Source: Nitrospirota bacterium (GTDB lineage Bacteria; Nitrospirota; UBA9217). Taken from it: a DNA stretch of 64,000 nt. Positions within the stretch are counted from its first letter, which is position 1; the number at the start of each line of letters is the position of its first letter. Position numbers and translations under genes: made by a program. A model generated the notes under the pieces. The model was given only the letters and a program-made list of their open reading frames with translations, ran no database searches and was not told where the DNA came from. Below, one piece after another: positions 30,403 through 39,977 of this stretch. Location: the NCBI GenBank assembly GCA_963663225.1, contig OY760142.1, positions 1,888,001 to 1,952,000 on the forward strand, read 5' to 3'.

Positions 30403-31170
30403 CTATTTTTTTATTGAAGCGATACCGTCCTTCGCCGCATTCATCATCAGGAGTGTTTCGTTTGCCCAGAGGTTCAGGGTCATTCCTTTCGCGATCCACG
30501 GCATGAGGGCGTTCGCGGTCTGGAAGTGCGCGCCGGAGAACTTTTGCTTCTTTTTGGCGGCGGCAATAATCTTGTCCAGGGCCGCGACAAAATCAGGATG
30601 CTCAAACCGGCCCATGATGCCCATGCTCTGGCTCAAATCATTGGGACCGATGAAAGCGGCATCGATCCCGTCAACCGCGAGGAGAGCATCGATATTCTGC
30701 ACGCCGACGGGTGACTCAATCTGTACCATCAATATGGTTTCGTCATTTGCTTTTTTCATATACTCCACGGGATCGGCAATTTTCTCAAATCCGCTGTGTC
30801 CCCGAAGCAGCTGCACTCCTCTGTTGCCCAGCGGAGCATATTTGGCCAGGTCCACGAACAATCGGGCCTGTTCTGCTGTTTCGACATTGGGCAGCAGCAG
30901 TCCGCCTGCCCCCATGTCCAGGTATTTCTGCACGGCCTCGCGTCGAAGTTCGGGAATGCGCACCATCCCGCAGATGCCGGACTCACGCGCCACGGTAAGT
31001 ATCCTGGCGACGGTGGTGTAATCAAATGAGCCGTGTTCGCAGTCAATAATAAAATAGTCGAAACCGCAGACTTTGATGATTTTCGCGATTTCCGGATGAT
31101 CGAAGAGAACAACCATTGTTCCCAGAAGCTGTTCTCCTTTTTTCAGTTTTGTTTTCACGGTGTCGGTCAT
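30403..31170 (-). CDS. HpcH/HpaI aldolase family protein
   Basis: IDCEHG, VRIP, YAPLGNRG, QIES, FIGPNDLS; start ATG 31170 after GAGGAG. Confidence 0.9.
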   Translation of the reverse strand: MTDTVKTKLKKGEQLLGTMVVLFDHPEIAKIIKVCGFDYFIIDCEHGSFDYTTVARILTVARESGICGMVRIPELRREAVQKYLDMGAGGLLLPNVETAEQARLFVDLAKYAPLGNRGVQLLRGHSGFEKIADPVEYMKKANDETILMVQIESPVGVQNIDALLAVDGIDAAFIGPNDLSQSMGIMGRFEHPDFVAALDKIIAAAKKKQKFSGAHFQTANALMPWIAKGMTLNLWANETLLMMNAAKDGIASIKK

Positions 31171-31254
31171 TATTGCTCCTCTCTGATTTCTGATGTTGTT
31201 GCCTGTGTTTTTTGACCGGGTGCCGGTGGCATGCACTGGAAGGTGTTGGGTGAT

Positions 31255-31494
31255 TCAACGCTTTGCGGATTTTTTGATTTTATCGACCACATCGGCGCCA
31301 AGACATTCCCTGGCAGAGGCACACCACTCTGCGCACGACGGTCCCAGGGGTCTTGCATGTAATGCACCGCACTCCTTGCAGAGGGTTTCCGTTTCATCAC
31401 TCCAAATCTCCAGCGCTGCACCGCATTTCCTGCATCGAATTTCTTCAGGCCAGGGTTGGCGGATTTCCCTGCTTCCGGGACAGTGCTCTTTCAT
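31255..31494 (-). CDS. Small Cys-rich protein (zinc ribbon plus CxxWCxxAxxC)
   Basis: CPG, CRKCG..EIWSDE..CKECG, CAEWCASAREC. Confidence 0.8.
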   Translation of the reverse strand: MKEHCPGSREIRQPWPEEIRCRKCGAALEIWSDETETLCKECGALHARPLGPSCAEWCASARECLGADVVDKIKKSAKR

Positions 31495-31533
31495 ATGCGG
31501 GAGCCTCTCAAGAGTGACCCAAAAAGGGAGGTG

Positions 31534-32322
31534 TTATTTTTGCCTATCATCGTCGACAATCTGTATTTTCAGATTGTAGGGAATGATCGCCCGGTTGATC
31601 TCGATGGGAATAAAGAGATTGACGGTTTTCCCCTTCAAGTCGGACGCGCTGAATCCCTCTTGGCCGAGCAGAGGCTTTACTTCATACTGCCCCGTTTTGG
31701 AAGACACGGACACATGCTCTATCGGGGTTATAGCCTCCTGGATGGATTTCCCCGGCAGCACGGTCTGGTCAGGAACAGGGTTGTTCCTGTCCTGATACCG
31801 GACGCCGGAATTCATAAGCCGGAAACGCCGCGCGTGAATGTCCGTGTATTCGCTTCGCTCCCAAAGAATTTTCAGGGGATGGTCGGAAAGATTTTTAATC
31901 CCCGCCTGGAACGAAGTTTCGCCGACGATAAGGGAAATTGAAATCATTTTGTCCTGGAATGACAGGTCTTCCGACGGGGCCGGCGCCAGGAGGCGGTATT
32001 TCAACAGATAGGCAAGTTTTTTCTCAAGCTTGATCCTGATCGTATCGCCTTCATTGATATGGCGAAGCGCTATGGTCACCGGCTTGTACCTGTCTTTGCT
32101 TACTTCCAGGATTTCTCTGCTTGCCCGCGCGGATTCTGTCGCCACATCCACGGCAATCACGGCAGGCGAACTGAATTTCTGCTCTTTCTGGTCGGAACCC
32201 AAAACGACCCTGATGACCGAGTCCGGCGGGTCTGCAATGACTTTGAAGTGTTTTGTTACTGTGCTCGGAGAACAGGCTGCGGCAAAAAGGCATATCCAGA
32301 AAAAAACAAGATATTTTTTCAT
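31534..32322 (-). CDS. Hypothetical lipoprotein (PEGA-like N-terminal region)
   Basis: AAC lipobox, VIADPPDS..V; GGAGG RBS. Confidence 0.7.
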   Translation of the reverse strand: MKKYLVFFWICLFAAACSPSTVTKHFKVIADPPDSVIRVVLGSDQKEQKFSSPAVIAVDVATESARASREILEVSKDRYKPVTIALRHINEGDTIRIKLEKKLAYLLKYRLLAPAPSEDLSFQDKMISISLIVGETSFQAGIKNLSDHPLKILWERSEYTDIHARRFRLMNSGVRYQDRNNPVPDQTVLPGKSIQEAITPIEHVSVSSKTGQYEVKPLLGQEGFSASDLKGKTVNLFIPIEINRAIIPYNLKIQIVDDDRQK

Positions 32323-32490
32323 GTAGTTTCCTCCTGCAGATCCGGTTAATTACCCATAATAACACATTCATTGCCGGCTGCTGCAAAATTTTTGTTTCTT
32401 TTTTCCAGCGGCCTTTTCCCCGGGCGATTGAGAAAAACCATGCTCCCGTATTCTCACATAAAAAATCATTTTCTATGCAGACAAATTGGC

Positions 32491-32519
32491 TTGAATATGC
32501 TTTAATAGATAACTATAAT
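32491..32519 (+). promoter_or_regulatory. Sigma70 promoter of the dksA-like gene
   Basis: TTGAAT-17 bp-TATAAT. Confidence 0.7.
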
Positions 32520-32560
32520 ATTCTTGGTGATGCTCACTTCCATTCAGGAGGAGAAGACAG

Positions 32561-33157
32561 ATGGCGGTAAAGTCGTCAAAGAAAGCAACAAAGAAAAAAG
32601 CTGTCAAGGCTGGACGCTCCAGTGCGTCGAAAAAACCGGTTAAAAAGACAAGCATAAAACCGCTGCGGAAGGCCGCGGCAAAAAAAACAGCAGTGAAACC
32701 GGCGCGCAAAAGCGGCAGACCATCCTCACCGAAGGCAGCACCGCAGACGCGAGTATCCGCCGCCACGCAGAAGCGGCATGAATTGCTTAAAAAGTTGTTG
32801 TTTAAAAAAAGAAATGAAGTGGTGGCAGGCCTGGAAAGCCAGATGGGACGCAAACTGTCCCGGGAAACCGGACAGAAGATTGACTCGGCCATGGACAGTG
32901 CCGACCAGTCTGCTCTGGACATGGACCAGGGCATCGACTACTCCCTCCTGGAAATGAAATACGAGCAATACAAGGACATCGCCGACGCTTTCCGGAAGCT
33001 TCAGAATAAATCCTACGGTCTGTGCGAGGAGTGTGGCCAGGAAATTGATATTAAACGGCTTGAGGTCAACCCGCTGGCCAGATACTGCATTGACTGCAAG
33101 ACACGCAAGGAGGAGATGGAGCGCATCCAGAAAGAGGAAACCCGCTTTAAGGAATAA
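32561..33157 (+). CDS. dksA: DksA/TraR C4 zinc-finger protein with Lys/Ala-rich N-terminal tail
   Basis: DSADQS coiled-coil tip, YGLCEECGQEIDIKRLEVNPLARYCIDC. Confidence 0.8.
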   Translation: MAVKSSKKATKKKAVKAGRSSASKKPVKKTSIKPLRKAAAKKTAVKPARKSGRPSSPKAAPQTRVSAATQKRHELLKKLLFKKRNEVVAGLESQMGRKLSRETGQKIDSAMDSADQSALDMDQGIDYSLLEMKYEQYKDIADAFRKLQNKSYGLCEECGQEIDIKRLEVNPLARYCIDCKTRKEEMERIQKEETRFKE

Positions 33158-33211
33158 AATATATCAGGGCGGGTTTAACATGTCCGCGGCATTCGAGCAA
33201 GCATGTTTTTC

Positions 33212-33240
33212 TTGACAAAAGGGCCGTGATACAGTATCGT
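33212..33240 (+). promoter_or_regulatory. Sigma70 promoter of tRNA-tilS-hpt
   Basis: TTGACA-17 bp-TATCGT. Confidence 0.6.
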
Positions 33241-33261
33241 ATGCCTCTGATTTTTTCTCGG

Positions 33262-33337
33262 GGCGGTGTAGCTCAGCTGGTAGAGCAGGGGAATCATAAT
33301 CCCTGTGTCCGGGGTTCGAGTCCCTGCACCGCCACCA
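33262..33337 (+). tRNA. tRNA with CAT anticodon, most likely elongator tRNA-Met
   Basis: 76-nt cloverleaf: GGCGGTG/CACCGCC acceptor, loop ATCATAA, GTTCGAGTC T-loop, encoded CCA. Confidence 0.95.
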
Positions 33338-33371
33338 TTCTTCCCCTCGCAGAACCATTTTCCCCTGTCGT

Positions 33372-34787
33372 ATGCTTACAACAAAAGTCAAACAAACGAT
33401 CCAACGCTTCAGCATGCTGAAGCCCGGAGACCGCGTTGTCGTTGCCGTCTCAGGAGGGCCTGATTCGGTCTGTCTCCTGAACGCATTGTGGTCGCTATCG
33501 AAGGAATTCGCTCTTACCCTGCATATCGCACACCTTGATCATATGTTCCGCGGCCGGGAATCAGCCGACGAGGCTTTGTTTGTTGCCGGACTTGCAAAGA
33601 AACTTGGTGTTCCTGCAGTCGTTGAAAAGATTGATGTTCCTGCGTTTTGCCGGGAGCGCGGGCTGTCGTCGCAGGAAGGGGCGCGAACGGTGCGGTACGA
33701 TTTTTTGCAGAACGTCGCAAAAACAGCCGACGCAACCCGCATTGCCACGGGCCATACTGCAGACGACCAGGCTGAAACGTTTCTTATGCGGCTGCTGCGC
33801 GGCGCCGGTGTTTCCGGGCTCTCGGCAATCCCTCCAGTGAGGGATAATATAATCCGTCCCCTAATTGACGTCACCCGCGGCGAAGTGATGGCATACATAC
33901 GAGAACACGGCCTTGAATTCGCGACCGATCCTTCCAATGCACAGTCTGTGTATATGCGGAACCGGATCAGGCGGGACCTGCTGCCCCTGCTCAGGCAGTT
34001 TAATCCCCGGGTTGTGGAAACTCTTTCAACGGAAGCGGAGCTGCTTCGGGACGAAAACGAAGCCATGGAAGCATGTCTTGCGGAGCGCTCAGGAGGCATT
34101 CTGCGGCAGGAGCCATACGGTGTTGTTCTTGAGAGGGACTCGTTTAACGCATTGCCGCAGGCCTTTAAACGCAGACTTTTTTTGCAAACAGTACAAATGG
34201 TCGACGAGGATATCTCCGGGTTGACCCGGCAGAACGGGGGGCTGTCGTCTGTGCAGATTGATGAAGCCGTCGCCTTCATGGAGACAGCCCGGAGCGGCAG
34301 GGTCCTGCAACTTCCCAGCAATGTCAGGCTTGAGCGGGAATATGAAGCATTTATCCTGTCCCGGGGAACCGACGCGCAGGTTTTTTCCCGCATCCTTACG
34401 TTGCCGGGAGTCACCCGGATTCCGGAGCTTGGGCTGCAGGCCGAAACCGCAATTGCCGAATCACCGGATGAAGATTTTACGCTCAAAAATTATCTCTGGC
34501 AGGCAGAGTTTGATTATGATAAAATACAGAAACCTTTGGTTCTCAGGTCCAGACTGAGCGGAGACCGATTTTATCCGTCAGGCATGGGCGGCAGAAGTAA
34601 AAAACTCCAGGATTATTTTACAGATGAAAAGGTTCCGCGCCGAAAGCGGAACATGGTACCCCTCCTCGTATCGGGAGAGGATATCGTATGGGTGGTGGGT
34701 TTTAGGACGGACGCACGGTTCCTGCCGGGAGCAGGTGCAAAGCGAAAGGCGCTGGTCGGTATTCATTCGATGAGCAGGAAACGGTAA
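33372..34787 (+). CDS. tilS: tRNA(Ile)-lysidine synthetase
   Basis: SGGPDS PP-loop, HTADDQAETFLMRLLRG, RPL, DPSN..RNRIR, C-terminal TilS domain. Confidence 0.96.
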   Translation: MLTTKVKQTIQRFSMLKPGDRVVVAVSGGPDSVCLLNALWSLSKEFALTLHIAHLDHMFRGRESADEALFVAGLAKKLGVPAVVEKIDVPAFCRERGLSSQEGARTVRYDFLQNVAKTADATRIATGHTADDQAETFLMRLLRGAGVSGLSAIPPVRDNIIRPLIDVTRGEVMAYIREHGLEFATDPSNAQSVYMRNRIRRDLLPLLRQFNPRVVETLSTEAELLRDENEAMEACLAERSGGILRQEPYGVVLERDSFNALPQAFKRRLFLQTVQMVDEDISGLTRQNGGLSSVQIDEAVAFMETARSGRVLQLPSNVRLEREYEAFILSRGTDAQVFSRILTLPGVTRIPELGLQAETAIAESPDEDFTLKNYLWQAEFDYDKIQKPLVLRSRLSGDRFYPSGMGGRSKKLQDYFTDEKVPRRKRNMVPLLVSGEDIVWVVGFRTDARFLPGAGAKRKALVGIHSMSRKR

Positions 34788-34837
34788 GAGCGGCGTCCTG
34801 CATGCCCGTTTCGAACGTTTTTTATGGGGAGGATTGT

Positions 34838-35371
34838 ATGGTTGGCATCGATTTTGGCAAACCGCTGTTCACACGGGAAGAAATTCAGCGAAAAAACCAG
34901 GAAATAGGATCACGGATATCCGCGGACTACGCTGACAAGGATTTGCTTGTCGTCGGCGTGCTGAAGGGGGCGCTGTTTTTCATGTCTGATTTGCTCCGGT
35001 CGCTCAGGATATCGGTCAGGATGGATTTTATCCACTGCACCAGCTCATCCAAAGGCGCGGATGGAAACCCGGTCCGGATGCTGTGCGATATGAAGGAAGA
35101 CATCGCGGGCAAGCATGTCCTGCTTGTGGAGGATATTATGGACTCCGGGGTCACGCTTAATTATCTGAAACAGATGCTTTTGGAGCGGAAGCCGGAATCG
35201 CTTAAAGTATGCGTGCTGCTGGACAAGGCTGAACGCCGTTCGGTTCCCATCGAAGCAGACTATGTAGGCTTTCGTATTCCGAACAAGTATGTTGTCGGTT
35301 ATGGGCTTGATTATAAAGACCGCTACCGCAATCTTCCCTATATAGCGGTGCTTCCGATGGATGAACGGTAA
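34838..35371 (+). CDS. hpt: Hypoxanthine phosphoribosyltransferase
   Basis: VLKGA..F..DL, VLLVEDIMDSGVT, VVGYGLDY..YRNLPYI; start ATG 34838 after GGAGG. Confidence 0.9.
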   Translation: MVGIDFGKPLFTREEIQRKNQEIGSRISADYADKDLLVVGVLKGALFFMSDLLRSLRISVRMDFIHCTSSSKGADGNPVRMLCDMKEDIAGKHVLLVEDIMDSGVTLNYLKQMLLERKPESLKVCVLLDKAERRSVPIEADYVGFRIPNKYVVGYGLDYKDRYRNLPYIAVLPMDER

Positions 35372-35392
35372 GAGAAAAAACCAGATAAACTG

Positions 35393-35421
35393 TTGTCACA
35401 AATCCGTGAATATGTTACTAT
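35393..35421 (+). promoter_or_regulatory. Sigma70 promoter of ftsH
   Basis: TTGTCA-17 bp-TACTAT with extended -10 TG. Confidence 0.65.
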
Positions 35422-35534
35422 TATCTTTCTAGAAGTATCGGGCCGCAGTTGAAAACGCTGAGTTTCCGGCAGCTTGGACGCTCCGATCCCCGGTTTTCAA
35501 ATGGCCCTATTGCTGGTATGGGAGGTTTTCATCA

Positions 35535-37331
35535 GTGGGTGCATCGTATAAGAATATTGCCTTGGTTCTCTTGCTGGTCTTGCTGTCGGTGTTTATCTTT
35601 AATTTTGCCACGACGATCAACCAGTCTTCGCAGGTTATCCGTTTCAGCGAGGCCATGGACAAGATTGCCACTGGCGAGGTAAACGACGTAACGATCAAAG
35701 GGCTGGAAATGTACGGAACGCTAAAGAACGGCAAAACGTTCATGACCAATCTTCCGGAATATCCCGACCTTGTGAAAGACTTGCGTGCCAAGGGCGTGAC
35801 GATTAAAGCCGAGCCGATGAAGGAATCGGCATGGACCAGTTTTTTGGTTGTGTGGGGGCCGTTAATCCTCATGGCCCTGTGGTTCTTTTTTATCATGCGA
35901 AACATGCAAATGGGTGGAAACAAAGCGCTTTCCTTCGGGAAGAGCAAGGCAAAGCTGCTGAATGAGAGCGCGAAGAAGGTCACCTTCAGTGAAGTCGCAG
36001 GCATGGATGAGGCAAAGGTTGAAGTCCAGGAAATCATAGAAATTCTGAAAGACCCGCAGAAATTTCAAAAACTCGGCGGCAAAATCCCGAAAGGCGTGCT
36101 TTTGGTCGGCCCTCCCGGCACGGGCAAGACACTGCTTGCGCGCGCCATTGCCGGTGAAGCCGGGGTGCCGTTTCTTTCGATCAGCGGTTCCGATTTTGTT
36201 GAAATGTTTGTCGGTGTCGGTGCTTCGCGTGTGCGCGATCTTTTCGAGCAGGGAAAGAAGAATGCACCCTGCATAATCTTTATCGACGAAATTGATGCCG
36301 TCGGCAGGCACCGCGGTGCAGGTCTAGGCGGCGGACATGACGAGCGTGAGCAGACTCTGAACCAGCTTCTTGTCGAAATGGACGGTTTTGAAAGCAACGA
36401 CGGCGTCATTCTGGTTGCTGCCACGAACCGCCCCGATGTGCTCGATCCGGCGCTTCTCAGACCGGGCAGGTTTGACCGCCAGGTGGTGATTCCTCGCCCC
36501 GATTTGAACGGCAGAATCGGCGTGCTCAAGGTGCATACGCAGAAAATCAAACTTGCTCCGGACGTTGATCTTGAGGCCATCGCCCGCGGAACCCCCGGAC
36601 TGTCCGGTGCGGAACTGGCCAATCTGGTGAATGAAGCGGCGCTTCTTGCCGGAAGGCTGTCGAAAACGCAGGTGGAGAACGACGATTTCGACCGGGCAAA
36701 AGATAAGATTCTCATGGGTCTCGAACGCAGGACCATGATAATCAGCGATGAAGAAAAGAAAAATACGGCCTATCATGAAGCGGGACATACCATGGTCGCA
36801 AAGCTTATTCCCGGCACTGATCCCGTGCATAAAGTGTCCATTATCCCGCGCGGCATGGCATTGGGTGTTACGCTCCAACTTCCCACGGCCGACCGCTACT
36901 CCTATGATCGTGAACACCTGCTGAATAATATCGCCATCCTTCTGGGCGGCAGGGCTGCGGAAGAGATTGCGCTCCAGCATATGACCACCGGCGCCGGCAA
37001 TGATCTCGACCGCGCGACGATACTGGCCCGCAAAATGGTCTGCGAGTGGGGTATGAGCGATACGTTGGGGCCTTTGTCGTACGGCAAGAAGGAAGAGCAT
37101 ATTTTCCTGGGTCGCGAGATAGCGCAGCACCGTGATTACAGCGAGCAGACCGCCATAGAAATTGACCGGGAAGTCAAGCGCATCGTCATGGAAAATTACG
37201 AGCGGGCAAAGTCTCTGATCCAGGAGCGCGTAGAAGTCTTGCACAACCTTACCAAGGCATTGCTTGAAAAAGAGACGCTCGATGCGGCTGATATCGATGC
37301 GATAATCAATGCGCAGCCTGCGGCTGTGTAG
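35535..37331 (+). CDS. ftsH: ATP-dependent zinc metalloprotease FtsH
   Basis: Two TM helices, [23 protein letters not shown]; GTG start with GGAGG. Confidence 0.97.
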   Translation: MGASYKNIALVLLLVLLSVFIFNFATTINQSSQVIRFSEAMDKIATGEVNDVTIKGLEMYGTLKNGKTFMTNLPEYPDLVKDLRAKGVTIKAEPMKESAWTSFLVVWGPLILMALWFFFIMRNMQMGGNKALSFGKSKAKLLNESAKKVTFSEVAGMDEAKVEVQEIIEILKDPQKFQKLGGKIPKGVLLVGPPGTGKTLLARAIAGEAGVPFLSISGSDFVEMFVGVGASRVRDLFEQGKKNAPCIIFIDEIDAVGRHRGAGLGGGHDEREQTLNQLLVEMDGFESNDGVILVAATNRPDVLDPALLRPGRFDRQVVIPRPDLNGRIGVLKVHTQKIKLAPDVDLEAIARGTPGLSGAELANLVNEAALLAGRLSKTQVENDDFDRAKDKILMGLERRTMIISDEEKKNTAYHEAGHTMVAKLIPGTDPVHKVSIIPRGMALGVTLQLPTADRYSYDREHLLNNIAILLGGRAAEEIALQHMTTGAGNDLDRATILARKMVCEWGMSDTLGPLSYGKKEEHIFLGREIAQHRDYSEQTAIEIDREVKRIVMENYERAKSLIQERVEVLHNLTKALLEKETLDAADIDAIINAQPAAV

Positions 37332-37342
37332 GGGAGTCTTGG

Positions 37343-38518
37343 ATGGAGCCTGTCCTCCGGATTTCCAGCCGCGGGTCGCTTACCATTACGGTGAGCGGCC
37401 TGACATCCGAACAGGTCATACTTCTGTATAAAACAGTCCGATCATCAACCAGCGGGGCGGGGTTTGAACCCGTCCCGTCCTGTTTTCCGGAATGTTCAGC
37501 CGATTGCCGTCCGTCTGCAACAGAGCAGGCCTTCCTGTCCGGCACAATCCACGAACTAAAGCGCGGGGCAAAAATTATCGACTCCTTCGGAGGTCATTTC
37601 TCCGACCTTGGCAAAAGAATAGTTACGCTGCTTGACAATTACCTCCGTTCGGATTATACGATCAACTGCAGAGGAACGGTTCTTAATCTCGGCAGCCGCA
37701 CACACATCATGGGGATACTGAATGTGACTCCGGACTCCTTTTCCGACGGAGGGCTGTATGCCGACATCGACAGTGCGCTGGCACATGCGCGTGAGTTGGC
37801 GGCTGCCGGAGCCGATATCATTGATATCGGAGGAGAGTCCACCCGGCCTGGTGCCGATTCCGTATCGGAAGAGGTGGAACTTTCCAGGGTCGTTCCGGTC
37901 ATTCAGCAGCTGTCTGCGGAGCTGCCGGTCCCGCTTTCCATCGATACGTACAAATCCGCGGTGGCGCGGAAAGCGCTTGAGGCAGGAGCTTCCATCGTAA
38001 ATGACATCAGCGGCCTTCGTTTTTCACCCGACATGGCAAAAGTGGCGGCTGATTATGGCGTTCCGGTAATTATTCAGCACATAAAAGGCACTCCGCGCGC
38101 CATGCAACAAGCTCCCGTCTACGGGGACGTAGTGGCTGATGTCATGGCTTATCTTGAAGAAGGAATTAAAATGGCCGAACATGCCGGTGTCGGCAGCGGG
38201 CAGATACTTATCGATCCCGGAATCGGGTTCGGAAAGACGCTTGAACATAATCTGACGCTGTTAAACCGGCTTGATGAGTTCCGCGGCCTGGGAAAACCCA
38301 TCGTGCTCGGAACGTCAAGAAAAAAATTTATCGGTGCCGTTCTGGATATTCCCGTGCCGGAACAGCGGGTTGACGGGACCGCTGCAACGGTGGCGCTGGG
38401 AATTGAGCGCGGGGCCCATATCGTACGGATCCATGATGTAGCGCGCATGGTGCAGGTGGCGCGCATGACGGATGCTGTCGTGAAGGCGGCGCATGCCGGC
38501 TTCGCCACCGGACATTAA
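37343..38518 (+). CDS. folP: Dihydropteroate synthase with N-terminal extension
   Basis: IMGILNVTPDSFSDGG, GGESTRPG, DPGIGFGK, SRKKF, RIHDV; about 110 extra N-terminal residues. Confidence 0.93.
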   Translation: MEPVLRISSRGSLTITVSGLTSEQVILLYKTVRSSTSGAGFEPVPSCFPECSADCRPSATEQAFLSGTIHELKRGAKIIDSFGGHFSDLGKRIVTLLDNYLRSDYTINCRGTVLNLGSRTHIMGILNVTPDSFSDGGLYADIDSALAHARELAAAGADIIDIGGESTRPGADSVSEEVELSRVVPVIQQLSAELPVPLSIDTYKSAVARKALEAGASIVNDISGLRFSPDMAKVAADYGVPVIIQHIKGTPRAMQQAPVYGDVVADVMAYLEEGIKMAEHAGVGSGQILIDPGIGFGKTLEHNLTLLNRLDEFRGLGKPIVLGTSRKKFIGAVLDIPVPEQRVDGTAATVALGIERGAHIVRIHDVARMVQVARMTDAVVKAAHAGFATGH

Positions 38519-38527
38519 CTAAAACGC

Positions 38528-39313
38528 ATGATCAATATCGCCGACATACGAGAAGCCCTGACGCACTACCGCTGGTTCAACGACACGCTGGATATCATTT
38601 GCGTTTATTATCTTTTTTACCGCCTTTTTCTCGTTATCAAGGGAACGCGCGCTTTTCAGATGCTCATCGGAATCGGGCTCATCATGCTCGTCCTGGTTGC
38701 TTCGGCGCTGCTTGAGTTCTATACGCTCGACTGGCTCATTCACAGCTTTTGGTCCCAGATTGTGCTTGCGGTCGTAATTCTGTTCGCACCGGAAATCAGG
38801 AATACGCTGGTCAGGGTAGGCCGGCGACATCTGGTCCGCTCGCTGTCCGTTGTGGAGAGCTCAAAGTTCATCGAAGAGACGGTCAAGGCGGCGGTTTCCA
38901 TGGCAAACAAGCGGATCGGTGCCCTTATCGTGCTCGAACGGGACGCGGACCTTTCGACTATTGTTGAAATGGGGACGGAACTCGATGCAAAAGTTTCGAA
39001 AGAAGTCCTCGTCAGCATTTTCCTTCCCTATTCCCCGATCCACGACGGAGCTGCCATTATCCGGAATGGAAGAATCGTAGCAGCCGGTTGTTTTCTGCCC
39101 CTCACACTTTCCTCGAACCTGTCGAAGACCCTTGGCACGCGACACCGCGCGGCAGTCGGCCTCACGGAGGAGAGTGATGCCGTCGTGGTTGTTGTCTCCG
39201 AGGAAACGGGAGAAATATCGGTGGTGAAAAACGGAGCGATTGAGCATAATGCAGATGTTCTCACGCTCAGGAAAACAATATCTGATATTTTCGTCAAGAA
39301 AAAAGTCCGGTGA
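38528..39313 (+). CDS. cdaA: Diadenylate cyclase CdaA (TIGR00159)
   Basis: Three TM helices, HDGA and GTRHRAA catalytic motifs, VVSEETG. Confidence 0.95.
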   Translation: MINIADIREALTHYRWFNDTLDIICVYYLFYRLFLVIKGTRAFQMLIGIGLIMLVLVASALLEFYTLDWLIHSFWSQIVLAVVILFAPEIRNTLVRVGRRHLVRSLSVVESSKFIEETVKAAVSMANKRIGALIVLERDADLSTIVEMGTELDAKVSKEVLVSIFLPYSPIHDGAAIIRNGRIVAAGCFLPLTLSSNLSKTLGTRHRAAVGLTEESDAVVVVVSEETGEISVVKNGAIEHNADVLTLRKTISDIFVKKKVR

Positions 39314-39320
39314 CCAGACC

Positions 39321-39977
39321 ATGAACCTTCGGAACATTCTGTATGACAATTGGCATATCAAACTGCTGTCGCTCTTCCTGGCGGTGGCGCTTTGGTTTTA
39401 CGTCACCTCAAAAGGAAAAACGGAAATAACGCTTGCGGTTCCCCTGGAACTGAGGAATACCCCTCAGAATATGGCGGTCGTGGGGAATGTAACAGGCTAC
39501 ATTGACGTGCGCTTGCTGGGGCAGGAACGGTCTCTCCGGGACATTACCACCGGCAAGAAAGTGAGCGGCGTGCTCGACTTGTCTATGGCGAAAGCCGGGG
39601 AAAATACCGTCCGCATATCGCCGGACGATATCAGACGGCCGTCAGGAGTGGCGGTTACCTATATTACACCCTCAGATGTCAAAGTGAAGCTTGAGCCGCT
39701 CATGCGGAAGGTCTTCAGGCTCCGGCCGATTCTGCACGGGGCTCCGGCGCCCGGATATTATATCACGGGCCTGAAGGTGGAACCCGCGCAGATAACGGTC
39801 GAGGGACCGGTCAGCGCGCTGTCGCCGTTTAACAGGCTTCAAACCATGCCCATCGATATTCAGGACGCGAAAGAAAGCCTCGTTGTGGATCCTAAAATCG
39901 ATTACCAGGGGCAATCACTCAGAATTGTCGAGCAACGTATCGCTGTCGTCATCACCATTGAAAGGATAAAAAAATGA
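39321..39977 (+). CDS. cdaR: YbbR/CdaR family protein
   Basis: [16 protein letters not shown]-terminus, YbbR repeats, between cdaA and glmM. Confidence 0.85.
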   Translation: MNLRNILYDNWHIKLLSLFLAVALWFYVTSKGKTEITLAVPLELRNTPQNMAVVGNVTGYIDVRLLGQERSLRDITTGKKVSGVLDLSMAKAGENTVRISPDDIRRPSGVAVTYITPSDVKVKLEPLMRKVFRLRPILHGAPAPGYYITGLKVEPAQITVEGPVSALSPFNRLQTMPIDIQDAKESLVVDPKIDYQGQSLRIVEQRIAVVITIERIKK

